Source: a virus (lineage: Duplodnaviria > Caudoviricetes). Taken from it: a DNA stretch of 58,220 bases. Below, piece after piece: positions 19,401 to 28,121 of the stretch (positions within the stretch are counted from its first letter, which is position 1; each line of letters starts with the position of its first letter). A program made the position numbers and the translations under genes. The stretch covers positions 1 to 58,220 of IMG/VR virus record IMGVR_UViG_3300043486_000004; one strand, 5' to 3'. Below the pieces are notes generated by a model. That model did no database searches, was not told the origin of the DNA, and saw nothing but the letters and a program-made list of their open reading frames with translations.

Positions 19401-20740
19401 GTGGCGATCCTGGTGGTGCGAGCCTGAATTGTTCCACTGAGCAGCGAGCGAATTTCTTCAGCAAGCTGGTTTTGTTCCACACCGATTGCCGAGGCCGCCT
19501 GCGAGACAGAGACCGTCAGCTTGCGGATCTCATCGATGTTGAGACCAGCAGTGAAGCCAGGGGCGATGGCAACTTGGAACGTGTCCAAGAGCTGTTCGAA
19601 CGTCGCCGTGGTGCGAAGGGCATCCTGACGCAGGAGCTTGACTTGGCTTCGCGCAACGGTTGTTGCCAGAGCCAGCTCCTGCGCCGAATCGACTGACCTA
19701 CCGAATTGGTCTCTGACATCTGCCGTGGCTGCAATCAGACCGGAAATCGAGATCTCTGCCGAAGCTACTTTGTCGTTGAACTCGAGCGCGGCCCGAACCA
19801 TGTCGTTGAAGCTTTGGACGACATTACGAGCGATGGTGAAGACGGCGAGGATTCCGACCAGACGGCGGAATGTGAAGAAGATATTGTTTCCGCTGCGATC
19901 GATCGTATCGAGTGAGCGCTTCAGCTCATCGACCTGTTTGAGTGTCTTTGTTCCTCCAAGCAAGTCACCAGAGGCAAATTGAGTGGATGCCTTTTGACGC
20001 AGTTGATTGATCTGCGTGCGAACAATGTGCTCTTCGCGCAGCGCTTTCAGGTTGCGTTGTTGCGCTTGAAACTCCGGATCGGCTTTCTTGCGCCGGTCCG
20101 CATCCTTGGCCATGGAAGCGCTGATCTTGGCAGCCTCTTTCTCGGCCCGTGCTCGCGCTTGAACAAATGCCTGGAGCTGACGCTGTTCGTCCTTGAGTTG
20201 CTGAGTCTTGATCCGGCCGGCTTCCTTCTCAGTCCTGGCCCTGGCATCAAGGTTGGTCTTGAGTTCCTTTTGTTGCCGTGTCAGCTCTGCCGCTTGATCT
20301 CTGCGAATTTGGCTGCTGATCTTTGCAGCTTCGCGCTCAGCACGATTCCTGGCATCGAAGAAGGCCTTGAGCTTCTTTTGTTGCTCAGCAATTGCCTTGT
20401 TGCTTTCGGTAGCGTTCTGGCGACGGATCGTGGCCAGACGTTGCTCCTCTCGGGCCTCATCCTTGCGCAGGGAGGCACGGATTCGATTCAGCTCACTCTC
20501 GCGCTTGGCCTGTGCCTTTGCGTCGGCGTCCAGCTTCTTGAGGGCTGCGCGGTTCTCATCGATGACCTTCTTTGTTTCTTTGAAGGACTTCGCACTGCCT
20601 GAGCTTGTCTCTAGCGTCTTCTTTAGATCGGCGAATTCTCTCTTGGCACCTTTGATGCCGTCGCGGAAGCTCTTGATACTCTTCGAGAACTCGTCTCGAA
20701 GCTGAATCGCATATCGCAAGCCTCCGCGATCTTGTGCCAT
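16409..20740 (-). CDS. Tape measure protein
   Basis: 1443 aa, Ala/coiled-coil rich; C-terminal FASGG and SDTVPAWLTPGEFVV motifs; follows the chaperone pair. Confidence 0.92.
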   Translation of the reverse strand: MAQDRGGLRYAIQLRDEFSKSIKSFRDGIKGAKREFADLKKTLETSSGSAKSFKETKKVIDENRAALKKLDADAKAQAKRESELNRIRASLRKDEAREEQRLATIRRQNATESNKAIAEQQKKLKAFFDARNRAEREAAKISSQIRRDQAAELTRQQKELKTNLDARARTEKEAGRIKTQQLKDEQRQLQAFVQARARAEKEAAKISASMAKDADRRKKADPEFQAQQRNLKALREEHIVRTQINQLRQKASTQFASGDLLGGTKTLKQVDELKRSLDTIDRSGNNIFFTFRRLVGILAVFTIARNVVQSFNDMVRAALEFNDKVASAEISISGLIAATADVRDQFGRSVDSAQELALATTVARSQVKLLRQDALRTTATFEQLLDTFQVAIAPGFTAGLNIDEIRKLTVSVSQAASAIGVEQNQLAEEIRSLLSGTIQARTTRIATALGISNADIRRLKETGKLFDFLEAKFKTFGEAAEKQAQSTLSGIKNLVTDAVQALLGEAAQPLFNELLSLGKAVFNQVLTIRNELGELKPNPKAVAAFKVVFDALTDGVKRIRDVATSVGFEGAISAFRAVGAALSAAIQFAIGFAQTFLVTLRVIVGVVRSIADFFGLTTKQLGQAAAALGIVLASTVVWNNTLGLIGLNFRNILGFARSMIPALGALLTKLEAAGGAAATLGRNIKAGALGILGLAATLAVALEGFRRMESAIFQVDLSLKETIQITLLALVQGIAEAEASLVHFGLSIGHSIEETGLTIGQKLRTLIQGSRVDIAAIKGDFKEVERLVAEQLQIERGRTNDKQKRDQQFTLEIETRKNEALAKQKALQEEIAKIVGEASAREAQGTGFNPDFDLEGFLRAKKEAAAAGKEFTPIISSADTEIQALAEDLLKLQDELRAVGIEFKNVKKTAGLGGTAGQIEGIFTQTEIANAERLKKIQQALKKVNDDINIAVERNVARNRERLELSKQVASEENKNRLAALDAEGKQDNAVVTSLLRDRADLTEAILESEKAGLDIATKRAAILALEATADVNKSNKSAQAELAAEQALLTVQQLRLGARRQAIVEAENAINLARTELAITTAQKQAEINAEKARADKATGEDADALNAHVLALQSQLELEQQIAAVRLKSLEIARQEAALRENASITEGFKRGLADIALELPTAFEAGINIARGMVTQFASFVTEAIGAAFDPNADGSVEEKFGRLLQSIAQLILQNLVEVNLAKLLGAESTATVEVTSATTAAGIRTAAALEAAATEIAAAETAAAIKAATSFAASSGGVVPQAFASGGRVLPDFDHFSRRAEGLARGGRPKHIPQSDTVPAWLTPGEFVVRKSVVKSMGLDFFKKVNQGRLRVPSSSIPTPEHASAGGMARGGLVSTGLRERQRAPARSHDDQGTIQVLPVQVTSERALDRQMNGGRNAFLRFMRENASTVRGIINTGKK

Positions 20741-20742
20741 GG

Positions 20743-21090
20743 TCAGAGCCCTTTGGGATTGCTAGCAAGGAAGGCGGCCGTGTCGTTTGTTTCAGCGCCA
20801 GACAAACCAACCGACTTCCGCAATTGTTTCAGGTACTTGGCCACATCCTTCGAGCCTGCCTGCGACGCCATCATGGTGTCGTCCACATAGGCCAGCCGTT
20901 GGATGGCTTGGTTTCTGTGGATTGATTCCATGAGTGCGTCCAGTTGCAGCAGATCGAGGGACTTTACGAAGCGGAGGGGGAAGCCGAATCCAACGGCTGT
21001 GACGATGCAGTCGGCGAGCTGGACCCATTCGCCGGACTCGTCTCTTCCTTGCCCGAGCGGGACACGCTTCGGAGCACGGAGACTTTTTCC
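20743..21090 (-). CDS. Tail assembly chaperone, frameshift extension (gpT-like)
   Basis: Frame is -1 relative to 20964-21632 and overlaps its end; GGAAAAA at 21090-21084. Confidence 0.7.
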   Translation of the reverse strand, partial: GKSLRAPKRVPLGQGRDESGEWVQLADCIVTAVGFGFPLRFVKSLDLLQLDALMESIHRNQAIQRLAYVDDTMMASQAGSKDVAKYLKQLRKSVGLSGAETNDTAAFLASNPKGL

Positions 21091-21632
21091 TTGACGAGGC
21101 CGGCTAGTGTCTCCCCCATGCTGCCGAAGCACTTGGAGTTGGCTTTCAGCCAGCCGGTAATCAGCTCAGTGAAGGTGGGCAGATCGATGCCCTCTTCTTC
21201 CTTCCCGTCGCCGTACAGAAACAATTCGACCTCTTGCGCGCTGCGAACTTCCTTGTAGTCATACTCGTTCCGCAGCGAATCCATGAGGCAGCGGCCGAGA
21301 AGGATGCGCGTCTTCTTCGATGCCAGCGAGTTGAAGATCTGATTGATGGCGTCTTCGCGCTCTTTTTGTTTGGCGGCCATCAATTCCGTAGACACAGCCT
21401 CCACGGTGACCTTGCGGACATCCATGTCTCCGTCTTTGATGTCTTCCGTGATCGCGGCATTCATGCGGCCGGAATCCACCATGAGGGATGCCATTGCCAG
21501 GACCAGGGGACGGCTGATCTCGGCGCATTCCTCGAGGACGGAAAGCCGGTTGGGGAAGAAGTCCATCATCTCTTCCCCGACCTTGTGTTGGATCGGATGC
21601 TTGTCGGTGAAAGCTTTTCGAGTGCGTTTCAT
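20964..21632 (-). CDS. Tail assembly chaperone (gpG-like)
   Basis: Between tail tube and tape measure; low-complexity S/P tail after the candidate slip site. Confidence 0.8.
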   Translation of the reverse strand: MKRTRKAFTDKHPIQHKVGEEMMDFFPNRLSVLEECAEISRPLVLAMASLMVDSGRMNAAITEDIKDGDMDVRKVTVEAVSTELMAAKQKEREDAINQIFNSLASKKTRILLGRCLMDSLRNEYDYKEVRSAQEVELFLYGDGKEEEGIDLPTFTELITGWLKANSKCFGSMGETLAGLVKEKVSVLRSVSRSGKEETSPANGSSSPTASSQPLDSASPSAS

Positions 21633-21663
21633 TGTCGTCTGCCTTTGTTTGGGGTTTGGGGAA

Positions 21664-21689
21664 GCCCGTGAGCGCTATTGCCCACGGGC
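21664..21689 (-). promoter_or_regulatory. Conserved 26-nt hairpin after the tail tube gene
   Basis: GCCCGTG-GGCAATAGCGCT-CACGGGC on the minus strand. Confidence 0.6.
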
Positions 21690-21709
21690 ATTGTTTGCCT
21701 CAGTCAGAA

Positions 21710-22906
21710 TCACACCATGTCGTACGTGCGGACCGTGCAGACCTTGCTGGTGTCGGTCACCAGGCTGTTCACTTCAGCGGTGCCCGTGAAGCCGGCCGTG
21801 GCCACTTCATCGGAGATCAAAGCCAGCTCGCCGTCCGGAGAGATGCTGACTTGATGGAATCGGAACTCGAGCTTCTGTCCGCAGTCCCCGGTGTTGTCTT
21901 GGATGAAGAGCAACGTCCCGGAGATTTCGCCTTCGGTCAGCGCGTTGACTTGATCCAGGTCTTGGCGCGCGGTCGCACCAGAAGTGATCGTCAGCTTGAT
22001 GACCGAACCCTCGGGCACGGCATTCGCCGTGCTGAGCACGCGGAACAAACCCATCTGTTCGTCGATTTCGACGTGGGTTCCTTCGACCAGCGTGAGGTCC
22101 GTGGTGCCCGTGCCGCCAGCGGTGCCAGTCGCCAGGACAGGATCGCTGCCAGACGTAAGGCCCGTGAAGTCTGCGGTGATCGTGATATCTTCGTCACCTA
22201 GCTCGCCGCCCCACGTCAGAGTGATAACGGTGTTGGCAATACCGAGGTTTGCGCCGACCGAGGCAACTGCCGCCACATCGCCAGGCAGAACGTTGGACAG
22301 GTTCTCGAGCGCGGTTTGCACTTGGGCAGCCGTCGCGTTGAAGACGATCGGAGCAGTGGTCTGTCCGTTCACCGTCAGCGTGAAGTCGCCAGCCGTGGCA
22401 GGAGTCGTCGCGTGCGCGGTCAGAGTGTTGATTTCGTTCACGAAATCCGTCTTCTCGAGCACGTAAACAAGTCCGGCGGCGTCCAGGTTGTAGATGCGTG
22501 CGCCAGCGGCATTGCGCATTTCATACCAGTTGCCCTTCTTCACCGACGTTGCCTGCACCACATCCGAGATCGCAACGGTGTGCGGGTTCACGTAAACCTC
22601 GGTGTCACCCGAGAAGAAGAAGGCCAGGTTGTCGAAGTTGCGGGTCTCGTCCAACTGGAACGAGATGCCGACTTCCTGAGAGAGTACGAAACGTTTGTCC
22701 GTGAACTTCAAGCACTCGCGGGAGCTTTGATGCTTGAGGTCTTCGGTTGTTTGCGTGACCGTGAACTCCGGAGTATTTCCGAGGTCGCGGAGGCCGTCCG
22801 CATCGGGCAGGCCAGTTGCAGAGTCGTTCTTTCCGAAACGGATGAAGCCACGCCCGAGCGAGTAGTCGCGGGTATTGGGCGAGCCGGTACGATTGATGCC
22901 GGGCAT
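21710..22906 (-). CDS. Major tail tube protein with inserted ~105-aa accessory domain
   Basis: YSLGRG, RDLGNTPEF, KHQSSR, PDGELALISDE tube motifs. Confidence 0.85.
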   Translation of the reverse strand: MPGINRTGSPNTRDYSLGRGFIRFGKNDSATGLPDADGLRDLGNTPEFTVTQTTEDLKHQSSRECLKFTDKRFVLSQEVGISFQLDETRNFDNLAFFFSGDTEVYVNPHTVAISDVVQATSVKKGNWYEMRNAAGARIYNLDAAGLVYVLEKTDFVNEINTLTAHATTPATAGDFTLTVNGQTTAPIVFNATAAQVQTALENLSNVLPGDVAAVASVGANLGIANTVITLTWGGELGDEDITITADFTGLTSGSDPVLATGTAGGTGTTDLTLVEGTHVEIDEQMGLFRVLSTANAVPEGSVIKLTITSGATARQDLDQVNALTEGEISGTLLFIQDNTGDCGQKLEFRFHQVSISPDGELALISDEVATAGFTGTAEVNSLVTDTSKVCTVRTYDMV

Positions 22907-22941
22907 GAGGGTTTCCTTTGTTTAGATGGACAGGGTAAGAG

Positions 22942-24156
22942 TCAACGAGATATTCCCGCTTGGAAGCGGTAACGAACTCGTGTGCCGTTCGACCCGCCTT
23001 GCTTCGGCGGGTGATTGTAGTTGGAATCGACAAGCAAGACATGCACCTGGCGATCTTCCTCGCCAGGAATTCGCTTGAGGCAGATCGGGTTGTCTGCCAG
23101 GGCGCGCTCGAATCGCTCCAGGATCACTTCCTGAGCGAAGCGCAGGGTCAGCTCCCAATTCCAACGCTGATAATCTTGCTTGAATCTGCGCGTGAAGGAC
23201 TCATCGACCTTGAACGCATCGGTCGTTTCGTTGCATTCGATCGAGCCTGGTTGACACTGAAGTCCTTGGGTGAGCGTGTCCAGATCCTTGTCGTAGGTAA
23301 CTTCGATGAAGGTCCCCATCTTCGCAGCGGTGACCAGCGCGTCGTGGATTCGTTTCTTGAGCGTCACAGGAATATGGCCTCCGCGCAGGAACGTGATACC
23401 GAAGGCCTCCTCAGAGGGGATGCCAGTCACGTAAACAATTTGATCGAAGATGCTGGCAACGGCCGTCAGTGTTGGCGTGCCCCAGGCCTCTTCGGAAACA
23501 ATGCCCGTGGGACTGACTACCACCACTGCCGGCACAAGGGATGGTGTTCCCCAGGCCTCGGCAGAGGGGATCCCGCTGGGGGAGATGACCAGTGCCCCCG
23601 CCGTCAGCGTGGGGGTGCCCCAAGCCTCATTGCTGGGAATGCCGCCCGGCAGAAGGGTCACAGCGCCGGCCGTGAGCGCAGGGGTGCCCCAGGCTTCGCC
23701 AGATGCGATCCCTGAGGGGCTGATCGTCGCAGTGGCCGTGAGCGTCGGCGTTCCCCAGGCCTCGGCAGAGGCGATGCCTGTGGGCGACAGGACGACGACG
23801 GCGCTCAGCGCAGGCGTGCCCCATGCTTCGGCTGAAGCGATCCCGCTGGGGCTCAGCGTGACGGCCCCAATCGTCAGCGCAGGAGTACCCCACGCTTCGG
23901 CAGACGCGATGCCAGAGGGGCTCAGCGTGATACGGGCCGCAAGCGCAGGCGTTCCCCACGCTTCAGCGCTGGCGATCCCAGTGGGACTTACCGCCACGGC
24001 ACCAGGCGTGAGGGTCGGCGTTCCCCAGGCTTCTGCTGAAGCGATCCCGCTGGGGCTCAGCGTGACAGTGCCAGGCTCTAGGAGGAGGACACCTGTGCCA
24101 CTTTCCAGTAGGTAGCCATCCGTCCCAGAGCTTTCGAGTAAGTAACGGTCGGCCAC
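22942..24156 (-). CDS. Virion protein: ten SP(S/T)GIxSxEAWGTP repeats plus a possible tail-terminator domain
   Basis: GTG start just after the upstream stop; 22-23 aa tandem repeats; C-terminal ~140-aa domain just upstream of the tail tube gene. Confidence 0.7.
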   Translation of the reverse strand: MADRYLLESSGTDGYLLESGTGVLLLEPGTVTLSPSGIASAEAWGTPTLTPGAVAVSPTGIASAEAWGTPALAARITLSPSGIASAEAWGTPALTIGAVTLSPSGIASAEAWGTPALSAVVVLSPTGIASAEAWGTPTLTATATISPSGIASGEAWGTPALTAGAVTLLPGGIPSNEAWGTPTLTAGALVISPSGIPSAEAWGTPSLVPAVVVVSPTGIVSEEAWGTPTLTAVASIFDQIVYVTGIPSEEAFGITFLRGGHIPVTLKKRIHDALVTAAKMGTFIEVTYDKDLDTLTQGLQCQPGSIECNETTDAFKVDESFTRRFKQDYQRWNWELTLRFAQEVILERFERALADNPICLKRIPGEEDRQVHVLLVDSNYNHPPKQGGSNGTRVRYRFQAGISR

Positions 24157-24157
24157 A

Positions 24158-24814
24158 CTACTCGACCTTGATGAGTTCCAGGAGCGAATCTTCCATGAGG
24201 CGGACGGCGCTCGTGTTGACTTCGCTGCGGATCTTGAGCTGAAGATCGCCAGTCGCAGTAACCACAGCAATGCCTTCCAAAATAACCAGAATGTCTGTGT
24301 TTGCTGTGACAACGCCGACCGAGATGGACGTGACGGACATGGTGTTGATTGTTGCTTCGACCTTCGCACTCAAACATTGACCAGACGCAACGTTGGAAAC
24401 ATCCAATCCAACTGCTGTCGAAGCCGTGGCGCTAACGTCGGCCTGATACCACACCGAGGCGAATTGTCCGACTGTGCCGGTGTGATTGACGAAGATCCCG
24501 ATGCCCGTCGTGGTGACGGCCGTTTGATAGATCAGCGTGTACTTGAACTTCCACGTACCGGCACCAACCCCCGTGGTGGTCATTACCACTGTGGGTGTGA
24601 CGTTGCTGGTGTTGTCCGCAGAGTTGGCAGTCAGGTTCTGCCAAGTCGTGAACGGGCCGGCAGCACCAGAGTTGCCTGCGATCCTCGTAACGAGGAAGGC
24701 GGCAATCTGCGCCATCGTCAGCTTCTTGGACGTGCCTGCCTCATTGATGGCAAACTCGTTTGCAGCCGCAGCGGCCGAGGCCGCTGACAGTGCGCTGATT
24801 TTTGTGTCGGCCAT
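24158..24814 (-). CDS. Virion fibre/appendage protein
   Basis: MADTKISAL...SKKLTMAQI N-terminal fibre motif; T/A/V-rich beta domain. Confidence 0.7.
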   Translation of the reverse strand: MADTKISALSAASAAAAANEFAINEAGTSKKLTMAQIAAFLVTRIAGNSGAAGPFTTWQNLTANSADNTSNVTPTVVMTTTGVGAGTWKFKYTLIYQTAVTTTGIGIFVNHTGTVGQFASVWYQADVSATASTAVGLDVSNVASGQCLSAKVEATINTMSVTSISVGVVTANTDILVILEGIAVVTATGDLQLKIRSEVNTSAVRLMEDSLLELIKVE

Positions 24815-24830
24815 GGGCTAGCGCCTCAAG

Positions 24831-25344
24831 CTATCAGAGCTTGAAAATTTGTTTGCGCCGTTCACTTTTTGCAGCGGCAGCCGTGACAGTGGTAGTCCGA
24901 GGCTCGTATGCCAGCGGGGTCCTTGAGAGACCACAGTTCAAGGTTTGAATCTCGGTTGTCGTTGCGTTTTCCATTTTTATGATGGACATGTTCACGCCGC
25001 TTCAGGTATCGCCCAAGTCGCTGTTCCATTATCCAGCGGTGCTCCATGATGTAACCCCCTTCGGGTCGCATCTTTTTGTTTACGCGCACGCGATTGGGGT
25101 GATTCTCGACGTAGTACCAAACATAGCCCCCAGGTGCGCCTATTCGTTGTTTCGGCTTGCGAGAGGTCCAATCGAATTTTCGAGCGCAAGCCCTGGAACA
25201 GCATCGTTGCTTTCCTCCCTTGGGCATGAACTTGCGTTTGCATGTTGGACATTTGATGAGTGGTCGTACTTCGTAAGCGTAGGTCATTCCCAAACTGTAG
25301 CAAAGCTTGGGATGGCGGCACCTACAATTTGAAAATTCGGTTTG
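24831..25344. repeat. Direct repeat flanking the HNH gene (duplicated 3' end of gene 25322-25729)
   Basis: Minus strand AACGGCGCAAACCGAATTTTCAAATTGTAG (gene end) versus AACGGCGCAAAC-AAATTTTCAAGCTCTGATAG (24862-24831). Confidence 0.8.
24862..25287 (-). CDS. Free-standing HNH homing endonuclease
   Basis: CPTC..CCSRAC Zn motif; EHRWIMEQRLGRYL..EHVHHKNGKRNDNRDSNLELW; lower GC than neighbours. Confidence 0.9.
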   Translation of the reverse strand: MTYAYEVRPLIKCPTCKRKFMPKGGKQRCCSRACARKFDWTSRKPKQRIGAPGGYVWYYVENHPNRVRVNKKMRPEGGYIMEHRWIMEQRLGRYLKRREHVHHKNGKRNDNRDSNLELWSLKDPAGIRASDYHCHGCRCKK

Positions 25345-25729
25345 CGCCGTTGTCCCAGGCAATCGTGATATCCCCGCCATTGGGCAGGATGGGCAGATTT
25401 GTTGCCGAGTCGATTTTGCCGATCAGGCGACTGGTGGCATCCGTGCCGGTGTGCTTGTAGACGATAATCAATTCGCTCTGATCTCCTGTCACGGCGCTGA
25501 GCGTCACGTCGGCGGCATCTGCCACACCCAACGTCTTGGTTTTGCTTCCAAGCGCCCCAGAGACAGCCACGCGCGCAGGCGCAGGCACGTCATCCAGGAA
25601 GTCGTCCACATCGATGTCAACCGTGTAGTCGGCTGCGTCGGCAAGGATCACGCGGATGTCGTCTGCATCCCAATCGATATCGCCGCCAAGGAAGCCCTCG
25701 CGACCTTTTCCGTAAAGAGTGTTGGCCAT
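25322..25729 (-). CDS. Conserved virion structural protein
   Basis: MANTLYGKG..IDWDADDIRVIL...DAADVT...LPILPNGGDITIAW. Confidence 0.8.
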   Translation of the reverse strand: MANTLYGKGREGFLGGDIDWDADDIRVILADAADYTVDIDVDDFLDDVPAPARVAVSGALGSKTKTLGVADAADVTLSAVTGDQSELIIVYKHTGTDATSRLIGKIDSATNLPILPNGGDITIAWDNGANRIFKL

Positions 25730-25733
25730 TGTT

Positions 25734-26285
25734 TTAGTCTTCGGGCAGCAATCGAGAGCAGCGTCGGTAGGTTCTTAGGGTGTCGCCAGGTCTGGGGGAT
25801 ACGAGATCTGAAACCCCGTCGAAGATTTGGATGGTCGATTCCTCGGCGAGTTCCTCTTCGCCGGCAAGCATTTGCATGTCCTCTTCGATCGAGTTCTGTA
25901 GATCCGTGATTTGTTTACGGAGATCGTTGGAACCCTTTTCGCGGAACGGTGCATCTTCGTTCCAGCGCTTGTCGAGATCCGCGCTGGCGTCCATGAAGGC
26001 GATCGGCAGGCGCTGCATCAATTCGCAGCGCACCATGTTGATCTCCGTCGTGTTCGCCAGCGCGCGGATAACCCCATCGTCGGTGAGGGGGTCTTCGGTG
26101 TACGTAATCGCGCGGATCTTGTTGATGCGAGCAGTCCCCAACCGTCGCACGAATGTGAGACGAGTTCGCAGCAAGCATTCATCGATGATTGCGTGCGTAT
26201 CTGTGCTGGCCGCAGGCACACCAGTCAAGCGCAAGCGCGCCTTGATGGTGGCCAGGTCAGCAACAAAAAGGGGATTGTTCGCCAC
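25734..26285 (-). CDS. Putative head-tail adaptor
   Basis: Helical protein (LATIKARLRL) downstream of the MCP; GTG start. Confidence 0.55.
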   Translation of the reverse strand: MANNPLFVADLATIKARLRLTGVPAASTDTHAIIDECLLRTRLTFVRRLGTARINKIRAITYTEDPLTDDGVIRALANTTEINMVRCELMQRLPIAFMDASADLDKRWNEDAPFREKGSNDLRKQITDLQNSIEEDMQMLAGEEELAEESTIQIFDGVSDLVSPRPGDTLRTYRRCSRLLPED

Positions 26286-26291
26286 GGCGGA

Positions 26292-26912
26292 TTACTCTTC
26301 GTCCTCGGTGCTTTCGTGCTCGCCGGCTGTCGGCTGCGCACGTCTTTGAGCGCGCTCCAGGGCGGCCCTGGCCTTCGCGCTCATCGGCCGCGACTTCCCT
26401 TCGCTGATCGGCCCGCGCTCGACATCATGCGCGCGGGGGAGCTGGGGAACGGTCCTGTCGCTGCCGTGGCTCAACTCTTCGTCGAACTCGGGCTGCCAGT
26501 CGCGCGTCAATTGCTTGATCGCGGCCTCTTCCGTCTTGAGCGTGTCCGTGTCGAAGTTCGGATCGCGCTCGAGGACGATCAGGAGCAATTCGTCCAGATC
26601 CTTGCCTTCGAGGGTCTCCGGATTGAGCGACCAGATACCTCCACGCTGCACGCGCTTGACACGGAGGCTTTCGCGTTCCTTCGTGGTCAGGCGGCGCGTG
26701 ACTTCGCGGATCAGGTTGTTTTCCAGGAGGCTGTCCAGATCGTCCTGCGTCAGCGCGCCAGGAGGGATGATGTCCCCCGGCTGCCAGTAGGTGATCGCTT
26801 TGTTTCTCTTGTTGCGCGGGGTGCCATCCGGCGAGGGGACTTTGATGACTGCGCGGGGCAGCACTTCGTACATGATCTCCGAATCTCTGTACGGGACTTC
26901 TTTCGGTGCCAT
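26292..26912 (-). CDS. Hypothetical protein downstream of the MCP
   Basis: 206-aa ORF with phage-like codon usage. Confidence 0.75.
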   Translation of the reverse strand: MAPKEVPYRDSEIMYEVLPRAVIKVPSPDGTPRNKRNKAITYWQPGDIIPPGALTQDDLDSLLENNLIREVTRRLTTKERESLRVKRVQRGGIWSLNPETLEGKDLDELLLIVLERDPNFDTDTLKTEEAAIKQLTRDWQPEFDEELSHGSDRTVPQLPRAHDVERGPISEGKSRPMSAKARAALERAQRRAQPTAGEHESTEDEE

Positions 26913-26955
26913 GGGTGATTCTTCAGGGTGCTTGGGGTTTTTGTTTGTTTAGGCG

Positions 26956-26981
26956 AGCCAGGAGCACTGTTGCCCCTGGCT
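26956..26981 (-). promoter_or_regulatory. Conserved 26-nt hairpin after the MCP gene
   Basis: AGCCAGG-GGCAACAGTGCT-CCTGGCT on the minus strand. Confidence 0.6.
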
Positions 26982-27004
26982 ATCCGATGTCAGTGCGATT
27001 GGTC

Positions 27005-28057
27005 CTAGGTGACCCTCATCGACAGCGAGGCGTCCGGACGGCGCATGCACGGGAGCGGGTTGCTCTCCATGAGCAGCATGCGAGCGGACGGATCTTCTTC
27101 TTCCCAGCTCTTGCTGAAGCGCTGCGATTGCAGCACGTTGCCCGAACCGATGGCCTTCATGTCTTCGATCGCACCGAAGTAGAACAGCCACTGCGCCGCA
27201 GGCGTACGCGCGATGAACTCCGCGTAGTCCGGACGGATCAGATCGACGGCGACGCCATCGACTTCCACGGTGCGGTTGTAGCGCCAGATCTTGATTCCTT
27301 GGGTGTATTCCCCAAGCAAGATCGCGCCGTCGTCCTGGAACGTGCTGGTGAGATCGACGGTCCCCGTACGCAAACGAAGGATGTCGAGCTTGCTCTCGAG
27401 TTCCGCGTGCGCCAGGAATTCGTCGGCCGCATTGCGACCCAGGATCACGTCCGTGACGTTGAGGCTGACGCCTTCGTTCACGACTTCAGCAGCTTGCATG
27501 AAGTTGACGCGCGGGCTCGAGGTCGTGGCACTCCACAGATCCGCGCCCGTCAGGATGATCGTGTTGCTCGCGGAGCGCGGCATCGTGATCGTGAAAGCCG
27601 ACTCGTCCTGCGCGACGTACGAGATTTGACCTCGCAGCGCCATGCAAGCAAGCCACTCCTCGGTGTTGGTCAAGTCGTCCAGCAACATCTCCTGTTCGTC
27701 GGCGATGTACTCTTTGGCCGCACGGGCAATGTCCTGCGCCGTCGTGTGGATCACGTTGCCCGGACGACGCTTATTGAGCAGATCGCTCGGCGTCATCGGG
27801 CGCTTGATCCGGATGTGCGGCGGCATGACGGTGACGAAGGACTCATTGCGTCCTTCGACCATGATGCCTGCGCCGTTGCGCTCGACAAACGGCGCGATCT
27901 TGCGACCGCGACGAATGTACGAGAGTTCGATGTGCCGTGTAGGCACCGTTCGGTTGCGAGGGAAGAAGCGATTCCGAACGAAACTGTTGGGCGATTTTTG
28001 TTCGTTGATCGCCTCCGTCAGAGTCGTTTGGTGAAGAATGCTTGCGGTATCGGGCAT
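27005..28057 (-). CDS. Major capsid protein (lambda gpE-like)
   Basis: LTEAINE..FVRNRFFP, IAPFV, EEWLACMAL.G, KSWEEEDPSARMLLMESNPLP. Confidence 0.92.
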   Translation of the reverse strand: MPDTASILHQTTLTEAINEQKSPNSFVRNRFFPRNRTVPTRHIELSYIRRGRKIAPFVERNGAGIMVEGRNESFVTVMPPHIRIKRPMTPSDLLNKRRPGNVIHTTAQDIARAAKEYIADEQEMLLDDLTNTEEWLACMALRGQISYVAQDESAFTITMPRSASNTIILTGADLWSATTSSPRVNFMQAAEVVNEGVSLNVTDVILGRNAADEFLAHAELESKLDILRLRTGTVDLTSTFQDDGAILLGEYTQGIKIWRYNRTVEVDGVAVDLIRPDYAEFIARTPAAQWLFYFGAIEDMKAIGSGNVLQSQRFSKSWEEEDPSARMLLMESNPLPCMRRPDASLSMRVT

Positions 28058-28121
28058 GATCGTAGTCCTTGGATTGTTCCTTGGTTTTGTTTGAGTGGAA
28101 TGGTCAGTGGATCAGGAGGGA

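Noticed and set aside
23480-24065. CRISPR-like spaced repeats
   Set aside because: 66-69 bp periodicity with third-position variation; these are protein repeats.
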